From Candidatus Thorarchaeota archaeon (GTDB taxonomy: Archaea; Asgardarchaeota; Thorarchaeia; Thorarchaeales; Thorarchaeaceae), in the NCBI GenBank assembly GCA_963726195.1, contig CAVSBO010000003.1:531970-595969 (forward strand): a stretch of 64,000 nt of DNA, in the 5' to 3' direction. This document shows positions 18,519 through 28,445 of the stretch, piece after piece. The stretch's first letter is position 1. Every line of letters begins with the position of its first letter. The notes beneath the pieces were generated by a model, which was not told where the DNA came from, ran no database searches, and was given only the letters and a program-made list of their open reading frames with translations. The position numbers and the translations under genes are program-made.

Positions 18519-19289
18519 ATGGAAGCAAGAGAGCAAAAACGAACCCTCAAGCAATGGCTGGCAGAGAATGCACGAGTGAAACCGGTGCACTACAAGGAAA
18601 TAGCGGGAGCACTTGGAAGAGATCCCGGTTCTGTGTCTGCGTCCTTGTCAATCGAGTGGAAACAGGCCCAGATGGATAAGCGTCCTGCGTATTTCATGAG
18701 AGTGGGTCCAGGTCTGTATCGCTACAACGATATTTGCGAGGGAGCCGTGGACGAAGACCTCATCGTAGAGGTAAGAGACCGAGCGGAAGAATTCAATGCG
18801 GTTACTCGGAGGGACATGGGAGAGGCCATTGCAGCACTGGATGTCAGAGCCTTCGAGAGGCTAGCGGAGATAGTCTTGACCAATATACGCGCTAGAGTTG
18901 AGGAGATGGAAGTAATCGGGCGCGAAGAAAACACGGTCATGATGAGGATTTCTTGGCGAGATGACGGTGGCCGCTCTCCGGTACTGGTATACGCGATTAA
19001 GTGCGAGCTCGAGGAAGAGATCGAGACTAGTACCATCCTGCAGATAAGAGGAGCTCTTCCGATATACGAAGCCAATCAAGGAGTATTGATTTCCAATGGC
19101 CGAGTCAGCGAACAAGCCCGGAAAGCGGCGCTCGGCTATAATAACCATGACAAGAGAGTTTCAGTTCCGCCAATTCACTTAATGGACATCGACATTATCT
19201 TGAATGTCTTGCTCGAAAGCAGGACCGGCGTGAGAACCAAGCAAGTCGAGGTCTTGGTCCTAGACACTGATTTCTTCAAGAGATTATAG
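18519..19289 (+). CDS. HARE-HTH plus Mrr-like (PD-(D/E)xK fold) protein with an apparently degenerate active site
   Basis: N-terminal PVHYKEIA...FMRVGPGLYR (HARE-HTH-like). C-terminal FERLAEIVL, QIRGAL, GVLISNG, IHLMD and LDTDFF (Mrr_cat-like). Confidence 0.65.
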   Translation: MEAREQKRTLKQWLAENARVKPVHYKEIAGALGRDPGSVSASLSIEWKQAQMDKRPAYFMRVGPGLYRYNDICEGAVDEDLIVEVRDRAEEFNAVTRRDMGEAIAALDVRAFERLAEIVLTNIRARVEEMEVIGREENTVMMRISWRDDGGRSPVLVYAIKCELEEEIETSTILQIRGALPIYEANQGVLISNGRVSEQARKAALGYNNHDKRVSVPPIHLMDIDIILNVLLESRTGVRTKQVEVLVLDTDFFKRL

Positions 19290-19523
19290 TACAAACCGCG
19301 CCTTTTCGATACCGTTCATGTCCGCACCAGATGAAAATTCGATTGAGTGCGGCGAAACTGGTAACCACACGGTGCCGCTTTGGTGTTGCGGCTGGAAGAA
19401 GGAGCCAGTTACTCCTTTAATCTGTGGCCTGTCCTAAGCTTTAAGTACCAGTATTTGCAGATTGTCTTCATCACGGAACTCGGACAAAGAGTTCGTGAAT
19501 GTAAAAATGGAGAAACGCGCAAG

Positions 19524-21074
19524 ATGAGCGACAGTAAACTCCTCTTCGTGCGAGAGAGTTCCGGTCTAGTCAAGGAAGTTAACACAGGCTTTGCCTTGTT
19601 GCTTCCTATTGCCTTGACTTTAGGGCCATGGTTCGCGTACGGTGGTCCACAGATTTCAACGTGGTTCCCGGGCACGACCCTAGTGATAATGTTCGCCTTA
19701 GGATCATTCGCTGTGTTCTTTGAGGCGATCGCACTAATGGTCCTGATGCTCTCAATGCCGAGGTCAGGAGCTTCCTACTACTTTACAGGAAGAGGCCTCT
19801 CACCAATCTTCGGTGTTATGGAAGGTTGGCGAAGCGTAATCACAAACCCTGTCTTCAGAGGAATTGGAAGCTTCCTAGCTGTGGAGGTATTCGCAGGCGG
19901 ACTCTATGTTATGGGTAGCGCAGCCGGCGACGCTGGACTTATAGCTCTTTCAGCTTTCATGTTCCAGCCAGTACCGCTGTTTGCATTCGCTGCAGCAAGC
20001 ATCTTCATAGGGTTCATCTTTGGTTACCTAAGCGTCAAGTGGCTAGGTTGGTTTGTGATAATACTGGGCTTAGTGAACATTCTGGCAATCGTGATTTCCG
20101 ATGTTGCCTTGCTGACTACACCTATAGGAGGTGCAGCTGGCCAGGCAAACTGGGATGCAGTCTTCGGCGCAGGAAACTACGCTTCCCTCCAAGCACTACA
20201 CCCTGACGTGTCTGCATGGACGACCTTCAACTGGGGTTCAGTTGGACCAGCACTCATCCTCACTGTAGGAATGATGTGGCCCTATTTGATCATGCCAGTT
20301 GCCGGTGAGGTTGCACAGCCAAGCAGGAACATCCCGCTTAGCAACCTAGGTGGTTGGCTGGGCATTGCTGTATTCTTCATTCTCTCAGGCTATGCACTCG
20401 AGAGCAGCATGGGCTCATTCCTCTACCAGAACAACCTCGCAGCTACCGGTGTGTTCCCAGGTTGGGGTAACTTCGCCGCAGTTGCAATGAGAGGTGGAGC
20501 AGCTGGTTGGTTCGTAATCTTCAGCCCGATCTATGCAAGCATCCTTGACTCACCAAGCAATGCGCTATGGGTGACAAGGCCATTCCACTCAATGGCTATG
20601 GACCGGTTCTGTCCTGAGGTGTTCGCAAGCGTTCATCCCAAGTACCATGTGCCACACGTCAGCCTGTACTTCTGGCTGATACTCTCGTTGGGCACACTGA
20701 CCTACGCATCCCTTCTGCAGATCTTCTTCGGCACTGCCTTGTCTGCACTCGTGGGTGTCGGATACACCTACGTCTTCATCAGATGGCAGATGGCCCTCGC
20801 TGCAGTCGGACTGCCGTACTATCGGCCGACCCTCTGGGAGCGCAGTGGTGCATGGAAGCTCTTTGGCATTCCACTGGTTTCAATCGGTGGTATTGTATCA
20901 GGCTCCGTGTTCTTCTGGGCAATAGTCGCCTATGTGCCAACATTGCCCTTTGAGGTGGCATTCACAGTCTTCGTTTACCTGTGGGGCCAGCTCATGTACC
21001 TGTACTACGGTGCTAAGAACAAGGCCAAGGGCATTGAGATGTCTGCTATATTCGGACAGCTTCCACCAGAGTAA
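19524..21074 (+). CDS. APC-superfamily amino acid/amine permease
   Basis: FVRESSGLVKEV N-terminus, SMPRSGASY, AGEV..P.RNIP, DRFCPEVFASVHPKYHVP, about 12-14 TM segments, C-terminal IFGQLPPE. Confidence 0.85.
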   Translation: MSDSKLLFVRESSGLVKEVNTGFALLLPIALTLGPWFAYGGPQISTWFPGTTLVIMFALGSFAVFFEAIALMVLMLSMPRSGASYYFTGRGLSPIFGVMEGWRSVITNPVFRGIGSFLAVEVFAGGLYVMGSAAGDAGLIALSAFMFQPVPLFAFAAASIFIGFIFGYLSVKWLGWFVIILGLVNILAIVISDVALLTTPIGGAAGQANWDAVFGAGNYASLQALHPDVSAWTTFNWGSVGPALILTVGMMWPYLIMPVAGEVAQPSRNIPLSNLGGWLGIAVFFILSGYALESSMGSFLYQNNLAATGVFPGWGNFAAVAMRGGAAGWFVIFSPIYASILDSPSNALWVTRPFHSMAMDRFCPEVFASVHPKYHVPHVSLYFWLILSLGTLTYASLLQIFFGTALSALVGVGYTYVFIRWQMALAAVGLPYYRPTLWERSGAWKLFGIPLVSIGGIVSGSVFFWAIVAYVPTLPFEVAFTVFVYLWGQLMYLYYGAKNKAKGIEMSAIFGQLPPE

Positions 21075-21085
21075 AACTATGGTCA

Positions 21086-21125
21086 AGAAGAGAGCATCGA
21101 TGCTCTCTTCTCTCCTTTTCTTTTC
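21086..21125 (+). terminator. Perfect 26-bp palindrome plus pyrimidine tract after the permease
   Basis: AGAAGAGAGCATC-GATGCTCTCTTCT followed by CTCCTTTTCTTTTC. Confidence 0.6.
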
Positions 21126-21189
21126 ATACTTGTTCGCACAAGATAGCAATAGGCCTGACAACGAACCAATGCAGACTACCACATGAAAC

Positions 21190-22038
21190 CTATTCCGGTT
21201 CCTCAAAATCATATATAGGCGGGAATCTGTTTCTGCTGGCCTTGCATCCAAAAGGCTCCAGATTGTCCCAGCTTCTGTGCAAAGATGAAGGAAATGACCA
21301 AGGCCTTATCGTCAGGACCTGCTTAACATCGTCCGAAGATCTGTATGCCTTTAGCGCCTCTAGTGCTCCAGCGAGAATTGCATCGCGGAGTTCCTTCTCC
21401 CAGACCTGCTGCCTATAGATGAAGGTATCTTCAAACCATTGGTAAGAAACCTCAATATCGTCTAAGAAGATGTTGTTGATGATTCGCCAGGGCCAGAATG
21501 TTGACATCTGCTCAAGCTGCTCGCTCGCACCATAGAAATCGATACCCATCCCCTCCAAACAGAACCAGTAGGTGGGCCCTATTTCCCTGAGCTTCTCGCG
21601 TGGTGAGCTCATGGGTGCGTTAGGAGACTTGTGCAGCCAGTCCGTCCAATCCGTCTTAAAGGTCGACAGGACATTACAGTGATTCACGACATACCTCACG
21701 ACTGCAGCCGTACCATGATGAGCAAGGCCCGGGGTGAGGGGCGCGCCAATGTACCTCTCCGCGAGTTCCTTGACTATGTCCACATCCTCCGACGGAAAAT
21801 AGGACCAAATCTGAAAATCAGCCTGGCGTTCAATCATTAAGTACACGAATAGCATGCCAGCTTGTCCAATCACATGGTAGTCAGGAGGAAGTTCCTCATC
21901 CGCCGGCCAGGACTTCTCATCCTTGCAGATATTGACCTTGCAGCAGTCATATGACACCACCTCAGGCCACTTAAGTTCAAACGACACCTTGATACGAGCG
22001 CGTCTTTCTCTCTCGTGGCAGGACAAACCTAGCGCCAC
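21190..22038 (-). CDS. Hypothetical protein (Trp/aromatic-rich); start uncertain
   Basis: 282-codon ORF fills the gap between convergent genes; no recognisable motif. Confidence 0.5.
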   Translation of the reverse strand: MALGLSCHERERRARIKVSFELKWPEVVSYDCCKVNICKDEKSWPADEELPPDYHVIGQAGMLFVYLMIERQADFQIWSYFPSEDVDIVKELAERYIGAPLTPGLAHHGTAAVVRYVVNHCNVLSTFKTDWTDWLHKSPNAPMSSPREKLREIGPTYWFCLEGMGIDFYGASEQLEQMSTFWPWRIINNIFLDDIEVSYQWFEDTFIYRQQVWEKELRDAILAGALEALKAYRSSDDVKQVLTIRPWSFPSSLHRSWDNLEPFGCKASRNRFPPIYDFEEPE

Positions 22039-22296
22039 CGGAACCCAGCATCAGCTGGGCAGGCGACTTGCTGTACGGGTCGTTGCCTTCGTACTCAAAG
22101 CCACTCAGCTGCAAATCCCTATACAATTTCCTTTTGTCATCGCTCTGCAATCGCATTACCTTCAAAGAGCCAAAGACGCTGTTTCGCAGATTGCCCAACC
22201 AGGTGTACTCTTAAACGAAACGGTTGGTCATATCCCAAGAAACATAAACGTTAACTGTGCATCGCGGCGACAAGATTTCCCAGAGGACTGAACACA

Positions 22297-22996
22297 ATGA
22301 GCCAAGCACCTAAGAGCAGAAAGGAGCCTCCGGCCCCGGACCTGGAGAGCTTCGAGTTCGATCCCGCCGGACTAGACATGAAGTGGAGCAAGAACCTGAT
22401 CAGCGTATTCGATGGCTATCGCATTCACAGGTGCTATGATCTCGCCTTCATCGAAAAGGCCATTGGACGCGGCGACGTTCCGAAGAGTTTCATAAAGCAA
22501 TGGGGAACAATCCGGCCCCTCCTGCACAAACTCGCCGCGGTCGGACCGAAGGTTCCAGGGAGTACAGAAGCTCATGACTCGTAGGCAGACTGTGAATCTG
22601 CTTTCGACCGTTCTCCTGACGATTGCATTTCCTCTGGTTGTGCTTGTCTGGGTATTCCACGTTGAATTCCTCTCATGGTTCACGACTCCTTTCACCGTAA
22701 TTACCCTTCTTCTCTTTTTGGGAGCATTCATTACTAGTGCATGGTACAACCGAAAAGTGGCATGGGTCATCTACCACTACATTGAGGAGAACGGGTCAAT
22801 GTTCGATACAGAATGCGGATATCTCAAGAAATGGGTCCAGACTCTCATATTCTATCTATCGAGGACTATGCGCAGAGACCAGCTCAAGGCCGAAAAGAAC
22901 CTAGTGAAGTTTTGGAATACTGACTATGATGGGATAGAGGTTTTCAAAAGCCCGAACTGGTTCAGAAAGAACTACGTCGTCCAACTCAAGGACTAG
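22297..22996 (+). CDS. Hypothetical 2-TM membrane protein, probably one gene frameshifted near 22565
   Basis: ORFs 22297-22584 and 22574-22996 overlap; the second has two hydrophobic helices. TTAAAC TATA-like sequence upstream. Confidence 0.55.
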
Positions 22997-23017
22997 ATAC
23001 AATCATCACGCTAGGTT

Positions 23018-23050
23018 GGCGGGAAAAACTCCCGCCTTCTAGCACAAAAA
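23018..23050. terminator. Hairpin between convergent genes
   Basis: GGCGGGA-AAAAC-TCCCGCC, with an A6 tract (T-tract on the minus strand) nearby. Confidence 0.45.
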
Positions 23051-23093
23051 AGTTTCCACGTAGAGCCCGTTGTGTTCGTGGCCCTCAGTGTTT

Positions 23094-24209
23094 CTACACA
23101 AGGCTCTCGATTGGTTTGTATGGTAAGTCAAAACCAAAGTGCTTCGGTCCAAGCACCTCAAGCCCTTTGGGCTCCCTGAAGACCGGAACACCCTTCATTC
23201 CAATCACTGTAACGTTACGTCCGTTGTCCAGATCAGTATTCGTAATTGGTTCGCCAGTCTTTGAGTCAATGACCTCGATTATGTCGGGGCTGGTGACCCA
23301 AGGCTTGTCATCAAGCCAAGATACATGGTTTTCATTCTTGAAGAAGATTCTCATCTTGCTGCCGGGCTTCAGTCCGCTGCCCTTTATCGTGGTTTCGCCC
23401 CACATGTATCCTTCTCTGTTCTCCCACTTCTTGGCAATGACTTGGCCCTTGAACAGGATCCAGCCGCCCACGCTTTCCACTATTTTCGCTGCGGCATCAT
23501 CACCGGACTGTTTGCTCTCCCGGATGATTTTTCCAACCTTGTAGCTCTTACTCAGAGTTCCTGGGATAATTGCGCGACGGAAATCAGATCCCTTCACGGG
23601 GAAAGCGACATTGCCCACGCGTCCCCAAGCCACCTCGCTCAAGGCTTTCGATATGCGTTCGCCCATCTCATAGTTGATGATCTTCGTGATTATGCTCGTG
23701 TTGCCGTACCAATCAATCAGGGCCAAAGGAGCCATCGAGTAACCAAGCACACAGACAGTATTCTGACAAATCTCTGGGACTGCACGGCCAGAGTAGTCTC
23801 CGTCAACACAAGGCACGCCATGCTTTACAGCGGCGTCGATAGGTGCGGGCGTGTTGACTCCACCTAGTTCGAAAGGTGCCACAGCAGTGAACTTCACACC
23901 CATGTGCTTCTCAAGAATATCGAGCCCCTGTGCAAGCTCCTTCTCGAATGACGACCAAGGAAACCTCTTTCTAGTCTTCTCAATTTCGGGAGTGGGCGGT
24001 GCAATCGTGCCTGAGTAATAGGCGCATGCAACCCAGTCATTGTCCTTTACCTTCGCCGTGTCGACAATCTCGATTTTCTTTCCCGCGTCGACGTGAGGAT
24101 AAAGCATGTCCAGGCCGATTTGCCTTGTGCCTCCGCCGCCAGTGCCAAAGAATGAACATCCGGCGGTGAGATCTTCAACGTCAGTTCTTGATTTGAGTAT
24201 CAACGCCAT
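23094..24209 (-). CDS. DUF917 family protein (thiohydantoin-desulfurase-like), paralog 1
   Basis: GCSFFGTGGGG, ELGGVNT, DGDYSGRAVPEI, FKNE, SPDII, GPKHFG. Confidence 0.88.
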   Translation of the reverse strand: MALILKSRTDVEDLTAGCSFFGTGGGGTRQIGLDMLYPHVDAGKKIEIVDTAKVKDNDWVACAYYSGTIAPPTPEIEKTRKRFPWSSFEKELAQGLDILEKHMGVKFTAVAPFELGGVNTPAPIDAAVKHGVPCVDGDYSGRAVPEICQNTVCVLGYSMAPLALIDWYGNTSIITKIINYEMGERISKALSEVAWGRVGNVAFPVKGSDFRRAIIPGTLSKSYKVGKIIRESKQSGDDAAAKIVESVGGWILFKGQVIAKKWENREGYMWGETTIKGSGLKPGSKMRIFFKNENHVSWLDDKPWVTSPDIIEVIDSKTGEPITNTDLDNGRNVTVIGMKGVPVFREPKGLEVLGPKHFGFDLPYKPIESLV

Positions 24210-24346
24210 GATTAAACACCTTTAAGCTGGTTGGATGAAGTTTAAACAGCGGCCTCTATATATTCTCGATGGAGGGTGTTGTGGAACCGGACGTTCAGGC
24301 TGATGGCGTCACGTCACTTGTTCACTGACTTCTGCAAATCACTTTC

Positions 24347-24379
24347 AAAAGAAGAAGGGGGAGTGCACAGGCACTTCCC
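24347..24379 (-). terminator. Hairpin plus T-tract after the metallophosphoesterase
   Basis: Minus strand GGGAAGTGC-CTGT-GCACTCCCC then CTTCTTCTTTT. Confidence 0.5.
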
Positions 24380-24393
24380 AGATTCAATTCTCC

Positions 24394-25353
24394 CTAGAGT
24401 TCAACACGACCGGCTGAAGCCTTTCCACCGTCGATGTTTATGATCATGCCCTTGAGAATTCCCTCTCTGTACTCGGAGCCAGGATTCACACAGAGGGTCC
24501 TTCCTATATTCCTGAAACCCACAGATTCATGGATGTGACCGAACATTCCAACAAGAGGCTGGTACTTCTCGATGCATGCTCGAACAGACTTGCTGCCGAC
24601 AGGTCCTACAAGTTCCATTGCTCCTGCTTTCGTAACGGCCTGTTGCGTTGCTCCTGTTTTTGAGACAACGTTCCTGAGCGTAGGTGCAGTGTCCAATCCT
24701 GAGTCAAATGGTGGGTCATGAAAGTTGCACAAGAGGTTCGTATAGTCGCTGACTCGCGCGAATTCTTCCTCTAGTTTGCCCATCAACTGATCATCAGGAC
24801 ACTCCCTGTAGGTCGACCAAGGTGTCTTACTCACCCATTCCATGCTGATCAGGGGGTATCCGTGAACATCTACTACCCTCTTCAGCGGATATATGATTCT
24901 TGGATGATTCTTGATGACTTCATCAATTACGAAATCATCATCGTTGCCCGGGTTCACTATGATATCAACATTCTTCGAGATCTTCTCTGTGGCCATGTCA
25001 AGCCACTCAGCAATCCGTTCCCTCATCAGCTTCGCGAAGATCTCTTTTACCAAGCTCTCGCTCGCTCTCATCTCTGCGAGCTCATCAGGGGTAATGACGT
25101 ATGGATAGAACCCTTCGTCCTTCGTAAACTTGACGAAGTGGTCCAAATCGCTCTGTTTCTTGAAGGTCTTCTTGCTCCCGTAAGGAGTCGCATACCACTG
25201 GCCTTCCTTCTCCTTGATAATCGGCAGTATGGCCTTGCCCGTCAGGTCGCCGCACATCATTGCCACGTCAGCCTTGAAGACATCGGGGGCTCTACACATA
25301 CCTTCCCACGTCTTTTGGCTTCCGTGAGCGTCTGCTGCTAGGAAGATTCTCAA
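24394..25353 (-). CDS. Calcineurin-like (Icc-type) metallophosphoesterase
   Basis: DAHGS, GDLTGK, PGNDD, FHDPP, GHIHE, NPGSEY. TTG start. Confidence 0.88.
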   Translation of the reverse strand: MRIFLAADAHGSQKTWEGMCRAPDVFKADVAMMCGDLTGKAILPIIKEKEGQWYATPYGSKKTFKKQSDLDHFVKFTKDEGFYPYVITPDELAEMRASESLVKEIFAKLMRERIAEWLDMATEKISKNVDIIVNPGNDDDFVIDEVIKNHPRIIYPLKRVVDVHGYPLISMEWVSKTPWSTYRECPDDQLMGKLEEEFARVSDYTNLLCNFHDPPFDSGLDTAPTLRNVVSKTGATQQAVTKAGAMELVGPVGSKSVRACIEKYQPLVGMFGHIHESVGFRNIGRTLCVNPGSEYREGILKGMIINIDGGKASAGRVEL

Positions 25354-25649
25354 TCATACTTCACCTGTTTGTTATGCGCCATCTGTTCATGAACGCGTTA
25401 AGCTCTTGCGCCTGACGGGGTTTAAGAGCTTGGCGGTGTAGCTTAAGATGGCAGGGCGAGATGTTGACACCGTGGGTTCCGTAGCAATCCTTGAAGACAG
25501 CCCGACTCACAAGTCCCCGTTGCGGAGCCTCAAAACTCGCCCTACCTCCCTTCTCTGCGTGTCGCAGTATTGACCTAAAGATATTAAAGACATATTCGAC
25601 ACGCGGCGATAAAGTCCTTTGTGACAGTTGACATAGGTGAGGAACCCGA

Positions 25650-26471
25650 ATGCCGGGAAAATACGGTGAAATAATCGATGACCTCGTGCAGGAAGCCCTA
25701 AGGATACATGACGCGGCTGAGCAGATTGGCTTGCCACTTCGAATTATGGGATGTATTGCTTATCGAATCAAGTCGCCACAATATGTTCAGTTGCATGAGG
25801 CAATGGGCCGAGAGATTACGGACATTGATTTTATCGGCTACTACAAGAATCAGCACAAGATAATCAATCTCTTCCGAGACGACTTGGGATATCAGTACGT
25901 AATGCCGGGATTCATCCGGGCCACAATGATGCGCGAACTGTTCACCAATCCCAAGACAGGCGGCCATGTAGACGTATTCTACGATGTGCTTGATTTCTGC
26001 CATAAAATCGAATTCAAGAAGTCTGACCGTCTGTCCAAGGATAATCCCACCATAACACTCGGCGACCTCTTCTTAGAGAAAACCCAGATAGTTGAGATCA
26101 ATGCGAAGGACCTCAAGGACTTGGTAATCTTGTTCCTCGCGAATGACATCAGCGATACCGATGATGATACAAAGATCAACGGTTCGTATATTACTAACAT
26201 AATGAGTGATGATTGGGGATTCTACTACACTTGTACAACAAACCTCAAGAAACTGCTCGACTTCGTGCCCACCGTTAATGTACTATCCCAAGCGCAAAGA
26301 CAGTTGGTCGTGTCACGCTCTCAGAAGCTTCTAGACATGATTGAAGCTGTTCCAAAGACTGGCGCTTGGAAGAGAAGAGCAACAGTTGGCACTTCCAAAC
26401 GTTGGTACCAAGTGGTGCACGACATTGGCGGTAGGATCGACTCAGAGAGCAAGACAATGAAAGGCCATTGA
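25650..26471 (+). CDS. Nucleotidyltransferase-fold (Pol-beta superfamily) protein
   Basis: LRIMGCIA...DIDF motif (hG[GS]xA...DxD), third acidic residue in HVDVF, EKTQIVEINAKDLKD helix. Confidence 0.6.
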   Translation: MPGKYGEIIDDLVQEALRIHDAAEQIGLPLRIMGCIAYRIKSPQYVQLHEAMGREITDIDFIGYYKNQHKIINLFRDDLGYQYVMPGFIRATMMRELFTNPKTGGHVDVFYDVLDFCHKIEFKKSDRLSKDNPTITLGDLFLEKTQIVEINAKDLKDLVILFLANDISDTDDDTKINGSYITNIMSDDWGFYYTCTTNLKKLLDFVPTVNVLSQAQRQLVVSRSQKLLDMIEAVPKTGAWKRRATVGTSKRWYQVVHDIGGRIDSESKTMKGH

Positions 26472-26482
26472 GAGAGACGACT

Positions 26483-27601
26483 ATGAAGCTTACAAAACAA
26501 AACGCATATGACATGCTCACCGGCGTAGGCATACTGGGCACTGGCGGGGGTGGCGACCCCGTCGGATTCGGGAAGCCACTAGTGGATTGGGACTACAACA
26601 AAGGCAGGGTCTACGAAATAACGGATCCTAAGGACATCAGAGATGATGCCTTCATTGTTTGCGGTGGATACATGGGGTCCGTGAAGGCCTTCACATCCGT
26701 AGGCGACATGCTGGAGAAGTGGGAGAAGCGATTCGAGCTCTTTGAAGTCACGAAGATAACCGAGAAACTGACCGGCAAGAAGGTCAATCACGTTGTGCCC
26801 TTCGAACTCGGCGGCCTCAACACAACTGTTATGCTCTCGCTGGCAGCCCGAGCCAAGATCACCTCGGTGGATGGTGATGGTCTTGGAAGGTCCGCTCCCG
26901 AGACACAAATGATCTCGTTCGTCGGTTATGGTATCTCTCTTTGTCCCATGCCAGTCGTGACAAAGGGCGGAAGCGTCGTAATAGTGCAAGAAGCCAGCAT
27001 ACCTGCTCTTGCAGATGAGATTGGCCGTTTTGCCGTTGTACAAGACGGAGGCGCTGGTGCGAACAATCATTACTACCAGTCGGGCGCACAGCTCAAGAAG
27101 AGCGTCGTGGCAAACAGCATCTCAAAATCGATCCGACTGGGAGAAGCTATTCGCGATGCTAATACAAACCGCAAGAACCCCATCGACGCCTTCCTAGATA
27201 TAATGGGCGGTCGCGTCCTAACAACAGGCACGATTAAGGAAGTGAAAGGTGAAGATCGTGCTGGACACTTGCATGAGCTCGTTACTATCAAGCCTGAGGA
27301 CATCAAGGGCAAGTTCCAGATTGTGGTGAAGAACGAGTACATGATGGCCATGTGCGATGATAAGCCAGTCGTCATGTTCCCGGACTTGGTTTGCATGCAC
27401 GACCCTAAGACGGGCCACGGCATAATGAGTTCCGACCTTAAGGAAGGGCTCAGAGTCACGGTTACTGCTCTGCCTGCACCTGAGAGAGTTCGTTACGCTG
27501 GAAACACCGAAATCGGGCGCAAAGCCTTTGGTCCGGAGAGATATGCTCATCCAGAGCTTCAGTACAAGCCAATGGAAGAGATAATCAAGAACCTTCACTA
27601 G
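26483..27601 (+). CDS. DUF917 family protein, paralog 2
   Basis: GILGTGGGGDP, ELGGLNT, DGDGLGRSAPE, KNEY, FPDLV, FGPERY. Confidence 0.88.
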   Translation: MKLTKQNAYDMLTGVGILGTGGGGDPVGFGKPLVDWDYNKGRVYEITDPKDIRDDAFIVCGGYMGSVKAFTSVGDMLEKWEKRFELFEVTKITEKLTGKKVNHVVPFELGGLNTTVMLSLAARAKITSVDGDGLGRSAPETQMISFVGYGISLCPMPVVTKGGSVVIVQEASIPALADEIGRFAVVQDGGAGANNHYYQSGAQLKKSVVANSISKSIRLGEAIRDANTNRKNPIDAFLDIMGGRVLTTGTIKEVKGEDRAGHLHELVTIKPEDIKGKFQIVVKNEYMMAMCDDKPVVMFPDLVCMHDPKTGHGIMSSDLKEGLRVTVTALPAPERVRYAGNTEIGRKAFGPERYAHPELQYKPMEEIIKNLH

Positions 27602-27657
27602 GAATAGCTTGGCGAAAACCAGAAGGGTACCTTCGATTCGGCGGCTACGGTGAGTGA

Positions 27658-28428
27658 TTGAACTTGAAACGAATTGCTCTCATTGGTGTGACTGGCATCG
27701 ACTGGTGGGTTGACCCTAAGAAGAAGAACTTCGTCCGTGCGGTCACCCCTCCAGGCTTTGTCATTGAGAATCTTCATGCCAGATATGGGACTCACAGTGT
27801 TGAGTCGCACTCTGATGAGGCCTACAATGCTCCTTTCATACTGGAACAGGTCGTCAAGGCGAACAAGGATGGTATGGATGTCATCGTGATTGACTGCGCC
27901 TGCGATCCAGTCTTGGAGGCAGCGAGAGAGGTCTCCAGTATACCTGTCGTTGGTGTAAGGAACACTGCTCTTCATCTGGCTCTCACACTTGGAACCAAGT
28001 TCGGAGTGATTACTGTCCAAGGGCAATCATTAGTCAGGTGCATGGAATGGGGGGTTCGCAAGGAGGGCCTAGAGAGCTTCTGCACAGGTGTCAGATGTCT
28101 AAGAATGCCAGTTCTTGAGATCGCCAAGAGGCCTGATGAAGCCCAGAGAGAACTCCTAGAGGAATGCCGAAAGGCTGTTTCGGAGGATGGAGCCGACGTG
28201 ATCGTGCTGGGATGCACGGGACTTTCACACGAGATTGACCTCAAGCCGATAATGAATGAAATGGGTGTGCCCGTAATCGATCCTTTTGTTGTGGCCGTGA
28301 GAACTGCTGCCATGCTCGTAGACGCGGGTCTCAGTCACAGCAAGGTGGCCTATCCATTTCCACCTAAGAAACCAATTGTCGAAGACCCGAGCATCAAGGG
28401 AGCATTCGACAAAGTGCTCAAGGACTGA
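27658..28428 (+). CDS. Asp/Glu/hydantoin racemase family protein
   Basis: VIDCACDPVLEAARE, IPVVG, ADVIVLGCTG, GVPVIDP, GLSHSKVAYP. Confidence 0.88.
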   Translation: MNLKRIALIGVTGIDWWVDPKKKNFVRAVTPPGFVIENLHARYGTHSVESHSDEAYNAPFILEQVVKANKDGMDVIVIDCACDPVLEAAREVSSIPVVGVRNTALHLALTLGTKFGVITVQGQSLVRCMEWGVRKEGLESFCTGVRCLRMPVLEIAKRPDEAQRELLEECRKAVSEDGADVIVLGCTGLSHEIDLKPIMNEMGVPVIDPFVVAVRTAAMLVDAGLSHSKVAYPFPPKKPIVEDPSIKGAFDKVLKD

Positions 28429-28445
28429 ATCACAGGCCAAGGGAC

